This document shows positions 30,048-39,515 of a DNA stretch of 64,000 nt, piece by piece. Each line of letters opens with the position of its first letter. Positions within the stretch are counted from its first letter, which is position 1. Source of the DNA: an uncultured Acidobacteriota bacterium. GTDB lineage: Bacteria > Acidobacteriota > Thermoanaerobaculia > UBA5066 > Gp7-AA6. Both the position numbers and the translations under genes were made by a program. Location of the stretch: positions 94,346-158,345 of the forward strand of contig CAWGSA010000002.1 in NCBI GenBank assembly GCA_963825175.1. Reading direction: 5' to 3'. The notes beneath the pieces were generated by a model that saw only the letters and a list, made by a program, of their open reading frames with translations, made no database searches and was not told the origin of the DNA.

Positions 30048-31745
30048 TCACCGGCTCTCGACGTCGCCGGCGATCTGAATCTGTCGGACGCGCTCCTCCT
30101 GCGACCGGGACCGCGCGGCCGCGAACAGCTCGAGCGCCTGGGCGTACGCTCCGCGGGCCTCGACGTAGCGGCGGTGCGAGAGAAGCCCCTCCGCTTCGCG
30201 TTCGATCCGCCGCCCGCTCTCGAAGGCGTCCTCGGCATGCTGCGTGGCGTCCAGTCGCTCGGCCTCGATCCGGGCGAGCGCCGTCTTGAGCCGGAGCGTC
30301 TCGGTCTCCTCCCGTTCCTCCGTCCGGTGGCGAACCGGCGATCGACTTTCCGAAACCGCGATGCGTCGGGACGCGGTCGAGAATCCTGCAATGGACGGGC
30401 GCTGCGCGGAGTCGGGCGCCGGCAGGAGTCGGGCCGCGGACGTCGACGCGACGAGCACCGGTTCGGGTGCCGTCTGCGCCGGGATGATCCGCGCGACGGG
30501 GGCGGCGGGCGGGCTCTGGGGTCGGATCGGAAGGTCGATCGCGGCCAGCGCCACGATCGCCGCGGCGATGGCGGCTGCTCGGGACACGGAGCGCACGAGG
30601 GAGACGGTTCGAGGCGGGGCGCCGGCGCCGAAGACAGCGGGTTCGGCCGCAGCGCGCCTGGCTCGCGGTCTCTCGATTCGCGATCTCCGCATCCAGGACC
30701 GAACGAGCCGCGCCGGCGGGGGCGGCGCCAGGACCGGCGCCGGCGAGAGCAGGCCCGGGGAGCGGTGCTCGGCGGCGACCGGGTTCGTGGAATTCCCGTC
30801 GAAAGGCGCCGGGAGACACTGGCTCTCGGGGTTCAAGAGGTCGTAGAGGAAAAGGGCGAGGTCCGCCGGCAAGGGCTCGAACGGGCAAGCGGTGATCAGG
30901 TCCTTGAGGGACGCGTGCAGCTCCGCCATCGTGGAGAACCGCTCCCGCGGGTGTCCGAGCGCGAAACGCAGGAGGAGACTGACCTCCTGCGAGAAGTCGT
31001 CGTCAGCGCGCCACCGAGGCGGCGGAGCGTCCGCGGTCGCGCGGCTTCCGGTCAGAAGCTCCGCCAGCAGGACGCCGAGGGAGTAAACGTCGGATGTCTG
31101 AGCGACGCGCGGATTTTCGCGCGCCTCCGGCGCGACATAGGGCGCGACGTCCCGCCACATCCGGGGCTTGGACAGAACGGGCAGGACGGCATCCGCCAGG
31201 CCGAAGCCTTCGACCCGCACTTCGGCGTCCGACGAAAGTCCCACGAAGCCGGGCCACAAAACGCCGTGGAAGGGTGGCTCCGAGACGGGGGACGAGAGGC
31301 AGGTCTTCTCGATCTCGGCGGCGGCGCGCTCCGCGATCAGGAGAGCGAACTCGATCGGCATTCCCCAACCACCCGCACGCGCGCGCGCGAGGACGAAGTC
31401 GAGCGTCCAGCCGTTGTTGTCGGGCCAGACCAGATACGGCGTGCCCTGGGCCACGCGGAGCTCGCCGTGGCGGGCGACGTCGCCGGCGCGTTCGAGCGAG
31501 CGACGGGCGACCTGCCGCTCTGCCGCCTCGAGCGTGGCGGACGGGGAGAGCTCGGGGGACTGGAGCACGCGCAGACGCACGAACCTCCCATCCTCCGTGT
31601 GCAGGGCGCGATAGACGGAGCCGAGCGCGTCGTCGCCGAGTTGGGCCACCAGAAGAAAGTCCCCGATGCGGCGGGGCCCCGGGTGGGTCGCGCTCATATG
31701 AAGGTCGGAAGAATCGGGAGCCGATCGTCCAGGGTGCTCGCTCAT
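30048..31745 (-). CDS. Ser/Thr-kinase-like protein with degenerate catalytic motifs (probable pseudokinase), TM segment and C-terminal coiled-coil/Ala-Arg-rich domain; paralog 1
   Basis: The kinase fold is recognisable (IGDFLLVAQLGDDALGSVYRALHTEDGRFVRLRVL; DVYSLGVLLAELLTG). The glycine loop and HRD/DFG are replaced (HGVLWPGFVGLSSDAEVRVEGFGLA). A hydrophobic stretch (AAAIAAAIVALAAI) is present. It aligns along its length with the ORF at 37137-38642. Confidence 0.7.
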   Translation of the reverse strand: MSEHPGRSAPDSSDLHMSATHPGPRRIGDFLLVAQLGDDALGSVYRALHTEDGRFVRLRVLQSPELSPSATLEAAERQVARRSLERAGDVARHGELRVAQGTPYLVWPDNNGWTLDFVLARARAGGWGMPIEFALLIAERAAAEIEKTCLSSPVSEPPFHGVLWPGFVGLSSDAEVRVEGFGLADAVLPVLSKPRMWRDVAPYVAPEARENPRVAQTSDVYSLGVLLAELLTGSRATADAPPPRWRADDDFSQEVSLLLRFALGHPRERFSTMAELHASLKDLITACPFEPLPADLALFLYDLLNPESQCLPAPFDGNSTNPVAAEHRSPGLLSPAPVLAPPPPARLVRSWMRRSRIERPRARRAAAEPAVFGAGAPPRTVSLVRSVSRAAAIAAAIVALAAIDLPIRPQSPPAAPVARIIPAQTAPEPVLVASTSAARLLPAPDSAQRPSIAGFSTASRRIAVSESRSPVRHRTEEREETETLRLKTALARIEAERLDATQHAEDAFESGRRIEREAEGLLSHRRYVEARGAYAQALELFAAARSRSQEERVRQIQIAGDVESR

Positions 31746-31971
31746 TTTCGTCCTCGCCCCGGACGATTCACGAACGCACGGCCTCCAGCACGGCCGTTCG
31801 TTCACGAACGGTTCGGGAATCGGGATTTTACCAGCGACAGGGGGTCAGAGGTCGAACCCGGTCCGGCTGGCCGCCAGCCCCCCTATTAGCGAGACCCGAA
31901 AAGCTCTGAGCCCTTTGGCCGCCCCGCAGGAGCCTGCGACCCGCCGGACCGGGTGTTTCGTGGTGGAGCCG

Positions 31972-32193
31972 TTACCGGCGAGGCCGCGTGTCTTCCCCGA
32001 TGCGATCTTTCTCTTCCAGCCTCTCCGGCTCGTCGGAAAGGGTGACTCCGGCTGTCAGGGTGACGTCCTCGTCGAAGGACGAAGGGACAAAGCCCAGACC
32101 CCTCCGGAAACTGTTGTGAAACCGGCTTTCGATCGGATCGTCCAACGATGCCCAGTTGCTTTCTCCGGGCAGGTCACGGTCCTTGATCTGCAT
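31972..32193 (-). CDS. small acidic protein of unknown function (MQI...FRRGxGFxPSS family, copy P2)
   Basis: Strong RBS GGAAGGGAGAA, then ATG. Product MQIKDRDLPGESNWASLDDPIESRFHNSFRRGLGFVPSSFDEDVTLTAGVTLSDEPERLEEKDRIGED...; a homologue lies at 20858-21142. This ORF sits immediately upstream of pseudokinase paralog 1 on the same strand. Confidence 0.5.
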   Translation of the reverse strand: MQIKDRDLPGESNWASLDDPIESRFHNSFRRGLGFVPSSFDEDVTLTAGVTLSDEPERLEEKDRIGEDTRPRR

Positions 32194-32489
32194 GGCTGTT
32201 CTCCCTTCCTTCTCCTGGTGCGGCCAGTCAGTGCAACAGGCGTTCCCTTCTCGGGACGCCGCCCTCCGACCACGCGGTCCCCGAGTGCGCATGGGATCCA
32301 AACGATTGGGCGGGAGAGGTTTAGACAATGAGGACGGAACCGGAGACCTCGAGAATCAAGGGCCCGGCCGCTCCGGGCCGAACCTCTTCTTGACGGGAAT
32401 AGACAGTCTCACTGACGCGGCGTGGCACTCCACCCGTCTCGCCACCGCGGCCGCCACGCCCGAGCCGGGCGCGGCGGCCCAAAGACGCG

Positions 32490-34565
32490 TTACCAGATCT
32501 GGCAGTGCTCGGATCGGACCATCGGATCTCCCGCCTTGCACCCGAACGCGTGCGCGAACTCGGGCAGGTTGGACGGGGCGCCGATGGCGCGGAAGCGATC
32601 CAGAGGATGGGGATTGACGGTGATCATCATCCGCTCAAACTCCGGGCGATCATTGGCGGCCCAGACCCGGGCCCACGACAGAAAGAATCTTTGCTCCGGC
32701 GCGAGGCCGTCGATCGGCTTGGGGCGGGCCTTGCCCTGGAGGCTCTTCTGGTAGGCCTTGTAGGCCACGGTCAGACCGCCCAGGTCGGCGATCGACTCGC
32801 CGAGCACGAGCTTGCCGTTCTCGTGGAGGTCCCCCTGGACGGTGTAGGAGTCGAACTGCTTCTCGACGCACAGGGAGCGCTGCTCGAAATTCTTCTGGTC
32901 GTCCGGAGTCCACCAGTTCTTCAGGTTTCCCTGACCGTCGAACTTGCGGCCCTGGTCGTCGAAGCCGTGCGTCATCTCGTGTCCGATGACCGCTCCAACT
33001 CCTCCGTAGTTGACGGCGTCGTCCGTGCTGGCGTCAAAGAACGGCGGCTGCAGGATTCCCGCCGGAAAGACGATCTCGTTCTTGGGCGCGTTGTAGTAGG
33101 CATTGACGGTGGGCGGAGTCATTCCCCACTCGGTGCGGTCGACCGGTTGTCCGATCTTGGCCAGGTCTCGTCGGTTCTCGAAGAGATTCCCGTTCATCAC
33201 GTTGGTGGCGTAGGAGGCGCGCGCGACCGAAAACGCGGAGTAATCGCGCCACTTGTCGGGATACCCGATCTTGGGCGTGAACGCGTTCAATTTCGCCAGA
33301 GCCGCTTTCTTCGTCTCCGGCCCCATCCACGGAAGCGTTCCGAGATCGTCCCGCAAGGCGGCGATCAGGTTCTGGACCATCCGGTCGGCTCTCTCCTTCG
33401 CCTCGGGAGGAAAGTACTCGTGAACGTAGATCTTCCCCAACGCGAACCCCAGGTGCCGATCGGTCGACTGCACGCACCGCTTCCAGCGCGGCAGGATCTC
33501 CTTGGTGCCTTGCAGCGTCTTGGAAAAGAAATCGAAGTCCTCCTGGACGAAGTTCTTCGAGAGACCCGGCGCCGCGGCGTGGACGAGGTGCCAGCGCAGA
33601 TAAGTTTTCCAATCGGCCAGAGGCGCGGTCTTGAGCTCCCGGTCGAGGGCCTCGAAGAACTTTGGCTGGCCGATGTTGACGGCGCTGATCGGGGGAGCCG
33701 AGACGTTCTGAAAATACGTCGGCCACGAAAAATCCGGCGTGAGCGTCTTCAGCTGCTGGGCGTCCATGCGGTGGTACGTCGCGTCGGGGTCGCGGCGCTC
33801 CACCCTGGTCATGGAAACCTCGGCCAATTTCGTTTCGATCGCCAGAACGGTCTTCGCCTCGCCCGCGGCCTTGTCGGGCGCGTCGCCCAGCAGCTCGAAC
33901 ATCTTGGTCACGTGCTCGACGTACTGGTCGCGCAGCGTCTTGGATTTGTCGTCGGTCTTGGTGTAGTAGTCGCGGTCGGGCAGACCCAGACCTCCCTGAA
34001 ACGCCGCGGCGATCACTTCGCTCGAGTTCTTGCGGTCCTGCTGGGAGCCGAAGCCGAAGAGCGCTCCCACTCCGCGGCTCTGGAGCTCGGCCACGGCGCT
34101 CTGCAGGTCCCCGAGGCTGGCGATCCCGGCGATGCGGGCGAGATCGGCGTCCAGAGGCTTCGATCCCGCCGACTCGACGGCGGCCTCGTCCATGCAGCTC
34201 GCGTAGAAGTCGCCGAGCTTCTGTTCCTCGGTTCCCTGGGCGTGCTTCTCCGCGGCGAGCTTCTCCAGGATCTTGTGCAGGGCTTCGCGATTGCGCTCGG
34301 CCAGCTCGTTGAACGTCCCCCAGCTGGGATACTCGGCAGGAATGGGGTTCCTGGCCCGCCATCCGCCGTCCGCGTACTTGTAGAAGTCCTCGCACGGCTT
34401 GCAGGTGCGGTCCATGTCCGCGGGGTCGATGCCATGAACCGCGGCGCCTGGCGCGGACGCCGCGACGGCATGATCCTGAAGAGCCGGAGCCGGGCCGGCG
34501 ATCCACGCGGCACCGAGGAGAACCATCACGCTTCGAACAAGGGATGACCGACAGGCAGCTCGCAT
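32490..34565 (-). CDS. pepO: M13-family zinc metalloendopeptidase (neprilysin/PepO-like), secreted
   Basis: GGAGGAGA RBS, then MRAACRSSLVRSVMVLLGAAWIAGPAPA signal. HExxH motif VIGHEMTHGFDDQG and the downstream GESIADLGGL (ExxxD) are present. The family length (~690 aa) is conserved. Confidence 0.9.
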   Translation of the reverse strand: MRAACRSSLVRSVMVLLGAAWIAGPAPALQDHAVAASAPGAAVHGIDPADMDRTCKPCEDFYKYADGGWRARNPIPAEYPSWGTFNELAERNREALHKILEKLAAEKHAQGTEEQKLGDFYASCMDEAAVESAGSKPLDADLARIAGIASLGDLQSAVAELQSRGVGALFGFGSQQDRKNSSEVIAAAFQGGLGLPDRDYYTKTDDKSKTLRDQYVEHVTKMFELLGDAPDKAAGEAKTVLAIETKLAEVSMTRVERRDPDATYHRMDAQQLKTLTPDFSWPTYFQNVSAPPISAVNIGQPKFFEALDRELKTAPLADWKTYLRWHLVHAAAPGLSKNFVQEDFDFFSKTLQGTKEILPRWKRCVQSTDRHLGFALGKIYVHEYFPPEAKERADRMVQNLIAALRDDLGTLPWMGPETKKAALAKLNAFTPKIGYPDKWRDYSAFSVARASYATNVMNGNLFENRRDLAKIGQPVDRTEWGMTPPTVNAYYNAPKNEIVFPAGILQPPFFDASTDDAVNYGGVGAVIGHEMTHGFDDQGRKFDGQGNLKNWWTPDDQKNFEQRSLCVEKQFDSYTVQGDLHENGKLVLGESIADLGGLTVAYKAYQKSLQGKARPKPIDGLAPEQRFFLSWARVWAANDRPEFERMMITVNPHPLDRFRAIGAPSNLPEFAHAFGCKAGDPMVRSEHCQIW

Positions 34566-34671
34566 CTTCTCTCCTCCACGCACGCACATCGAGAGATTCC
34601 GATCGCGCAAGAAAGGAAATCATACCGTCAATGCTGCGGTGGGGGAGGAAGGCGCGGACCGAGACGAGAGG

Positions 34672-35715
34672 CTAGAGGATCAGTTCCGAGCGGGATTCGC
34701 GCCGACGGGCCTTGGAAGAGGGCAGCGTCGAATCGAGGCCGGGCTCGGCGACGAGTCGTTCGTCCTCGATGGCGACGCCCAGGTCTTCGATCGGGCCATT
34801 GTCGAGCGAGGCGAGCGCGATCTCGAACGTCGGATGGGCCTCGTAAAAGGAGAGGGCCTGCTCGATGAACTCCGCGAGCGGCGTGTCGTCGGCGAACGGA
34901 TCGAGCGGGTCGGAAAGCAATTCCGCCAGCGGAAGGCCGTCCAGAAAGCTGTGGAACTCCTCGGTGTCCCTGCCCGCCGCGGTCAGGGCCGGCGTCCGGG
35001 GAGCGCCGGGGGTGTTGGCCCTCACGGCGTCGGCGAACGTCACCGGCGCGGGCTCGGTGAGGTCCTCGATGCCGCTGTCCTCGACGCCGGGTGCGAACGA
35101 GGCCGGCTCGGCCGCGATCGGAGCCGGCTCGGCCGCCTGTGCGACCTGGGACGATCCGTCCGACGCGTCATCGGCGGCCGACGCCTCGGGCGTCCGCGCC
35201 GTCGAATCGGTCTCGAGCACAGGAGGCTCCGGCGCCGGCCTCTCGATCTTCTGCACGATGGTCCAGATGTCGCGATCGAGCGGCCGCTTGTAGAAGAGCT
35301 GCTGGGCCTGGAGCAGGCGCACCTCCGAAATGACCGAGGGCAGAACCCGGCGCCGCGTGACGGCGGCGACCTCGTCGATCGCGGCGAGGTTCGAGGGGTT
35401 GGCGAACGCGACACGAACCGTCTTGCGGTCGACGGCGAAGGGGACGGCCCCCAGACGGATCGCTTGCGCCGGAGGAAGAAGGTTGAGCGCCTCTTTTGTC
35501 GCGGCCGAAAGCGTGGCCCAGTCGACTGACGGGCAGTGGTGATGGTGGGCGAGAGCTTCCAGCAATGCCTTCTCCGGCACCAGTCCCCAGCGCAGCAGGA
35601 TCGCCCCCAGCCGCAGCCCGCGAGCCTGAGCGCCCTGAAGCTGCAAGGCCCGGGTCAGCACCCCTTGCGAGATGCGACCCTCATCGACGAGAAGCTCGCC
35701 CAGTTTCCGTGCCAC
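34672..35715 (-). CDS. stand-alone GspE_N / MshEN-like domain protein with an acidic low-complexity C-terminal region
   Basis: GTG start. RKLGELLVDEGRISQGVLTRALQLQ...RLGAILLRWGLVPEKALLEAL matches the tandem motifs of the T2SS-E N-terminal (MshEN) domain. The rest is D/E/A/P-rich. Confidence 0.6.
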   Translation of the reverse strand: MARKLGELLVDEGRISQGVLTRALQLQGAQARGLRLGAILLRWGLVPEKALLEALAHHHHCPSVDWATLSAATKEALNLLPPAQAIRLGAVPFAVDRKTVRVAFANPSNLAAIDEVAAVTRRRVLPSVISEVRLLQAQQLFYKRPLDRDIWTIVQKIERPAPEPPVLETDSTARTPEASAADDASDGSSQVAQAAEPAPIAAEPASFAPGVEDSGIEDLTEPAPVTFADAVRANTPGAPRTPALTAAGRDTEEFHSFLDGLPLAELLSDPLDPFADDTPLAEFIEQALSFYEAHPTFEIALASLDNGPIEDLGVAIEDERLVAEPGLDSTLPSSKARRRESRSELIL

Positions 35716-35792
35716 GGCCTTTAGTGTCCAACCATCATTCTGCGCCGGTTGAGTCAGTCGCGCAAGGAGACCAATCCGTCCGGCTCTCAGCT

Positions 35793-36989
35793 CTATTCAC
35801 CTGCAAGTTTCGAGCCTGCATGGAGATAGGCCGTTTCTCGGTTGAGATCATCGATTCTCCGGTTTCCCCTTCCGGGGCGCATCTTTCCGTAGCGCCGGCC
35901 CCTGGCGGGAGATCGGCTGTCGATTGCCCGGAGCCTGGACATGGGCGATCCGAGCCTCCGTCGCGCTCGACGTGTCTCGATTCTCGAAGTGCGCGGCGCA
36001 GTCTCTCCGCGGAAACTCTGAGCCGGGTCGGCTCTCCCGGTGGTCCGGCGCGAGGTTGCTTCGATCTCCCTCTTGTGCGAAGTCGCAAGCTCTCTTTGTG
36101 AAGCGGAGCGGGGCATGGTCGTCAACCCACGCGAATTCCTCGATCTTCGAGTCGTCCGCTCCTGAGAAGGCGCGAACCGCGCCGAGGATCCGGGCGAGGT
36201 CGACTTCACGCGTCTGGAGCGAGCCACCTCGGTGCCTCGCAAGCGGGCCGGGGCGGCGACGCGGATCCGGCTTGCGGAGACCCGCGCGGCGGCAAGCGTC
36301 GTCGGCTGAGTTCCGGCTCTCCGGATGCTCCAGCGCGGCAGTTCCTTATGCGTGACCCTGCGAACCAGGGACGGCGGCGGATCGGCCGTGGCGCGCACGA
36401 CTCCGCGCGACACCGTGAATCGGGTCGCTGCGTGGGAGCGGGAGAGCAGAACCGCATTGCGCGCGGAGGGAAGCCGCGCGCCCGCGACGGGCACTCCGAC
36501 GAATCGGCTGGCTGGAACGAAGACGTAGCGATTCGCCGCCAGGATGACCGGGCTCCCGAAGTAGCCCCTGGAACCAAGGACGAACGTCGGCGGCACGGGA
36601 GCCCAGCCGATGCAGTCGTCGCTCCGCGCCCACGTCACCCACGCCGGCGCCCAGACCGTTCCCGGAACCCAGACCCATCTGTACGGGTCGAGCCAAACCC
36701 ATGTTCCGTAGTGGCAGGGAATGGCTCCCCATGGGTCATCGGAGACCCAGGTCCATCCGTAGTCCGTCCAGGCCCATTGGCCGTCCAGATAGGGTTGCCA
36801 GTCCGCGGCGATTCCGCGGGGAACCCAGACCTCTCCCTACGCACGCGTCTCGACCCAACGCCCGTGAGGCGCCAGAGCATCGTGGAAAGCCGAGATCTGA
36901 ACGCTCCATTGCGCCGCCGCAACGACGGGCGGCGCCAGGGAGAGGAGCGAGAGAATCGCAAGCGAGACTGCGAGTAATGACTTGCGCAT
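35793..36989 (-). CDS. secreted WXXGXW-repeat protein (paralog of the repeat region of the FecR fusion at 9976-12350) containing one in-frame TAG
   Basis: AGGAGG RBS, then MRKSLLAVSLAILSLLSLAPPVVAAA signal, ...HGRWVETRA, then TAG (36837-36839), then GEVWVPRGIAADWQPYLDGQWAWTDYGWTWVSDDPWGAIPCHYGTWVWLDPYRWVWVPG.... The stop falls where the paralog has Tyr (QYGWAWSP). The C-terminal ~250 aa are R/S/T-rich and their frame is uncertain. Confidence 0.55.
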
Positions 36990-37136
36990 GCCCCCTCCTT
37001 TCGTGGGACCAAAAGGGGTTGGGAGCAACGGCGGTGCCACAGCGCAACCGCTTTCCCTTCAATGAGGTGCCGCTTGTGGGGTGTCCCCTTCCAGAGACTG
37101 CGCGGCTCCGAGGTCGGAGGCCTTCTTGCCCTTCGC

Positions 37137-38642
37137 CTAGAACCGCAGCGCGGCGGACGGGGACGACTCGAGGCTGGACAGCCGAATCACCCGCGCGCGC
37201 TCTCGATGGGAGATTGCCTCGGATTCGGCATAGAGCTCCGCGGCCCGCTCGAACGTTTCATGGGCGGCGGAGAATCGTCCGCCGGCAAGCAGGCGTTCTC
37301 CTTCCTTCTCGTAGACCCTCCCGGCTCGGAACGACTCGCTGGCGAGGTTCCAGGCGTCGAACGTTTCAGCCGAAACTCGGGAGAGCGCCGCGCGCAGCCG
37401 CCAGGCCTGCGCCAGCTCGCTGGCCAGACGGCGCGCCGCCGGGACCGATCGGATCTTCAGTTGTCGGACCGCCGGGATCGTGTCGGGAGGAAGCTCCTCG
37501 GCCAGGGCGACGCCGCTCGATGCCGAGAGCGGCCGGTCGACGACGGCGGCAGGCGGCACGCTCGCGTGGACCGCCGCGGGGACCGGAGGCAGCGGCCCCT
37601 CGTGGCGGTGGACGGCGAAATCGACCGCGGCGAGCGTGGCGAGCGAGGCGAGAACGGCGGCGACGCGCAGGGCCCAGACGCCGCGCGACGCGCTCGGTTC
37701 GTCGACGCGGGCTTCGGCGATGGGCACGGAGGGACGCCACACGTCCGCTCCCGATCGCACTCCCGAAACGTTGTCGGGCGTCAACAGGTCGTCGAGGAAC
37801 AGCGCAAGGTCCGCATTGGACCGCTCGTAGGGCGAGTCGTCGAGAAGCTTCTGCAGCCGCTCGCGCAGGGCCGCGACCGAAGCAATGCGCCGCGACGGGA
37901 TCGCCACCGCTTCGCGGCCCAGTCGGGCCAGATCTTCGGAGTACGGGTCGTCCGGCGCGAAGTCCGGGGGTCCCTGTAGGGTCGGAGCCCGTCCGGTCAG
38001 AAGCTCCAGGAGAAGAACTCCGAGAGAGTAGACGTCGGAGTTCTCACCGGCCGCGCCGTCTCGGGCTTCGGGCGCGACGTAGGGCGCGACCAGCCGGCTC
38101 AGGGCCGGTCTCGCGAGCGACGGGATGACCGCCGGCGCGAGGCCGAATCCGCGCACCCAGACCTCGGCGTTGCGGGAGATGGTCACGAATCCGGGCCACA
38201 AGAGGCCATGTCGGGCGGGTTCGCCCGCAACGACCGTGCCCCGCGCGTGCTCGAGGGCCGCGGCCGCGCCGATCACGATCTTCAAGGTCCCCTCGATGGG
38301 AAAAGGAGTCTGAGCCGTGCGGGCAACCGAGAGAATCGCGTCGAGCGTCCAACCATTGGTCTCGTTCCAGGCGAGGTAAGGATGCCCCTCCGCGATGCCG
38401 AGCGCTTCGCGGCGGCCCGGCGGGTAGAACGACCGCACCCGATGGGGCGAGTCCTTTCTCTGGATGGCCGCCAGCACGGGCCCGCGGGGAAGTTCGGAAG
38501 ACTCGAGCACGCGCAACCGCGCGAAGCGGCCGTCGCGCGTGTGAACCGCCCGGTACACCACACCGAGCGGGTCTTCCGACAGCCTGGCCACCAGGACGTA
38601 GTCGCCCAGCCGTGGCTTGATTCCTCGAAGCTCTGATTTCAT
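37137..38642 (-). CDS. Ser/Thr-kinase-like pseudokinase with TM segment and C-terminal coiled-coil region; paralog 2
   Basis: GAGGA RBS. MKSELRGIKPRLGDYVLVARLSEDPLGVVYRAVHTRDGRFARLRVL...HGLLWPGFVTISRNAEVWVRGFGLA...DVYSLGVLLLELLTG...LATLAAV.... This is the same architecture and degenerate motifs as 30048-31745. Confidence 0.7.
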   Translation of the reverse strand: MKSELRGIKPRLGDYVLVARLSEDPLGVVYRAVHTRDGRFARLRVLESSELPRGPVLAAIQRKDSPHRVRSFYPPGRREALGIAEGHPYLAWNETNGWTLDAILSVARTAQTPFPIEGTLKIVIGAAAALEHARGTVVAGEPARHGLLWPGFVTISRNAEVWVRGFGLAPAVIPSLARPALSRLVAPYVAPEARDGAAGENSDVYSLGVLLLELLTGRAPTLQGPPDFAPDDPYSEDLARLGREAVAIPSRRIASVAALRERLQKLLDDSPYERSNADLALFLDDLLTPDNVSGVRSGADVWRPSVPIAEARVDEPSASRGVWALRVAAVLASLATLAAVDFAVHRHEGPLPPVPAAVHASVPPAAVVDRPLSASSGVALAEELPPDTIPAVRQLKIRSVPAARRLASELAQAWRLRAALSRVSAETFDAWNLASESFRAGRVYEKEGERLLAGGRFSAAHETFERAAELYAESEAISHRERARVIRLSSLESSPSAALRF

Positions 38643-38773
38643 CGTCCCCGAATCCTCGTTGTTGCTTTCTGTTCCAACGCCGGACGATGCACGAACGGAC
38701 AGCCAGGGCATGGAGCAATCCGCACGTGGATGATTCGGCGACCCGGATTCTACCAGCGGCCGGCCGCGCCGAC

Positions 38774-39484
38774 TCAGGAATCTGGCCCGCGCGCGGGCGC
38801 AGCGGCGGCTGTCGCGCGCTTGACGTAGAGGCCGTTGGTCGAGACGCGGCGGCTCGAGCCGTCGATCCGGCGCACCGTCTCTGTGGGCACCACCGGCTCG
38901 AGCCCGTGCCCCGCCATCTCGAGGTCGAGCGCCGGAGGATCGACCAGGTAAGCCCGGCGGCCGCCGGGGTACCCTTCGTACACGTGGTCCTCTCCTTCCA
39001 CCCGACGGACCCCCTGACCGGTCAAGTCCGTTTCCGGGGTGAACGTCGAGACCAGGCACCGTCCGCCCGCCTTGAGCGTGCGCACCGATTCGGAGATCGA
39101 GCGTTCCCATTCGCCGCGGCTTGCCGCGCAGTGATAGATCCCGAGGGCGATCACCAGGTCGATGGAGCCCGAGGCGACCCAGTCGAGCCTGTCCATGAAT
39201 CCCTGGCGGACCCGGCGTTCCGCTTCGCCGCTTCCGAGAATCGGAGCCAGACGCGATCTCGTCCTGGCGACCATCGCGCTCGAGGAGTCCACCGCCCACA
39301 CGTCGAACCCAAGCTCCGCGAGAAAGACCGTGTTACGCCCCGCGGCGCATCCCACATCGAGCACGCGTACGGCGGGGGGGTCGCGGAATTCGGTGATCAG
39401 GGCGCGCAGCCGGTGATCCGGCTCGCGCGCCGCGAAGCGCTCGACCTGTTCCTGTTCCTCCCAGAATGTCCTGTCGTTGCTCAC
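38774..39484 (-). CDS. class I SAM-dependent methyltransferase
   Basis: VLDVGCAAGRNTVFLAELGFDVWAVDSS (motif I/II), ...DLVIALGIYHCA..., ~236 aa. It lies immediately upstream of pseudokinase paralog 2. Confidence 0.8.
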   Translation of the reverse strand: MSNDRTFWEEQEQVERFAAREPDHRLRALITEFRDPPAVRVLDVGCAAGRNTVFLAELGFDVWAVDSSSAMVARTRSRLAPILGSGEAERRVRQGFMDRLDWVASGSIDLVIALGIYHCAASRGEWERSISESVRTLKAGGRCLVSTFTPETDLTGQGVRRVEGEDHVYEGYPGGRRAYLVDPPALDLEMAGHGLEPVVPTETVRRIDGSSRRVSTNGLYVKRATAAAAPARGPDS

Positions 39485-39515
39485 GCGAGAATCCGAAAGG
39501 GCCCAATCTCCCGGC

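Noticed and set aside
27023-30391. 1122-aa minus-strand ORF opposite the GGDEF sensor gene
   Set aside because: This is an antisense shadow ORF. It has an Arg/Pro/Gly-rich composition and no domain, whereas the plus-strand frame encodes a coherent beta-propeller/Y_Y_Y/GGDEF protein.
36348-36977. 209-aa plus-strand ORF and other ORFs (36206-36577, 36346-36732) overlapping the WXXGXW-2 gene
   Set aside because: The minus-strand frame carries a signal peptide, an RBS and a clear paralogous repeat domain. The overlapping ORFs are compositionally biased shadows, although the true frame of the C-terminal tail of the real gene remains uncertain.
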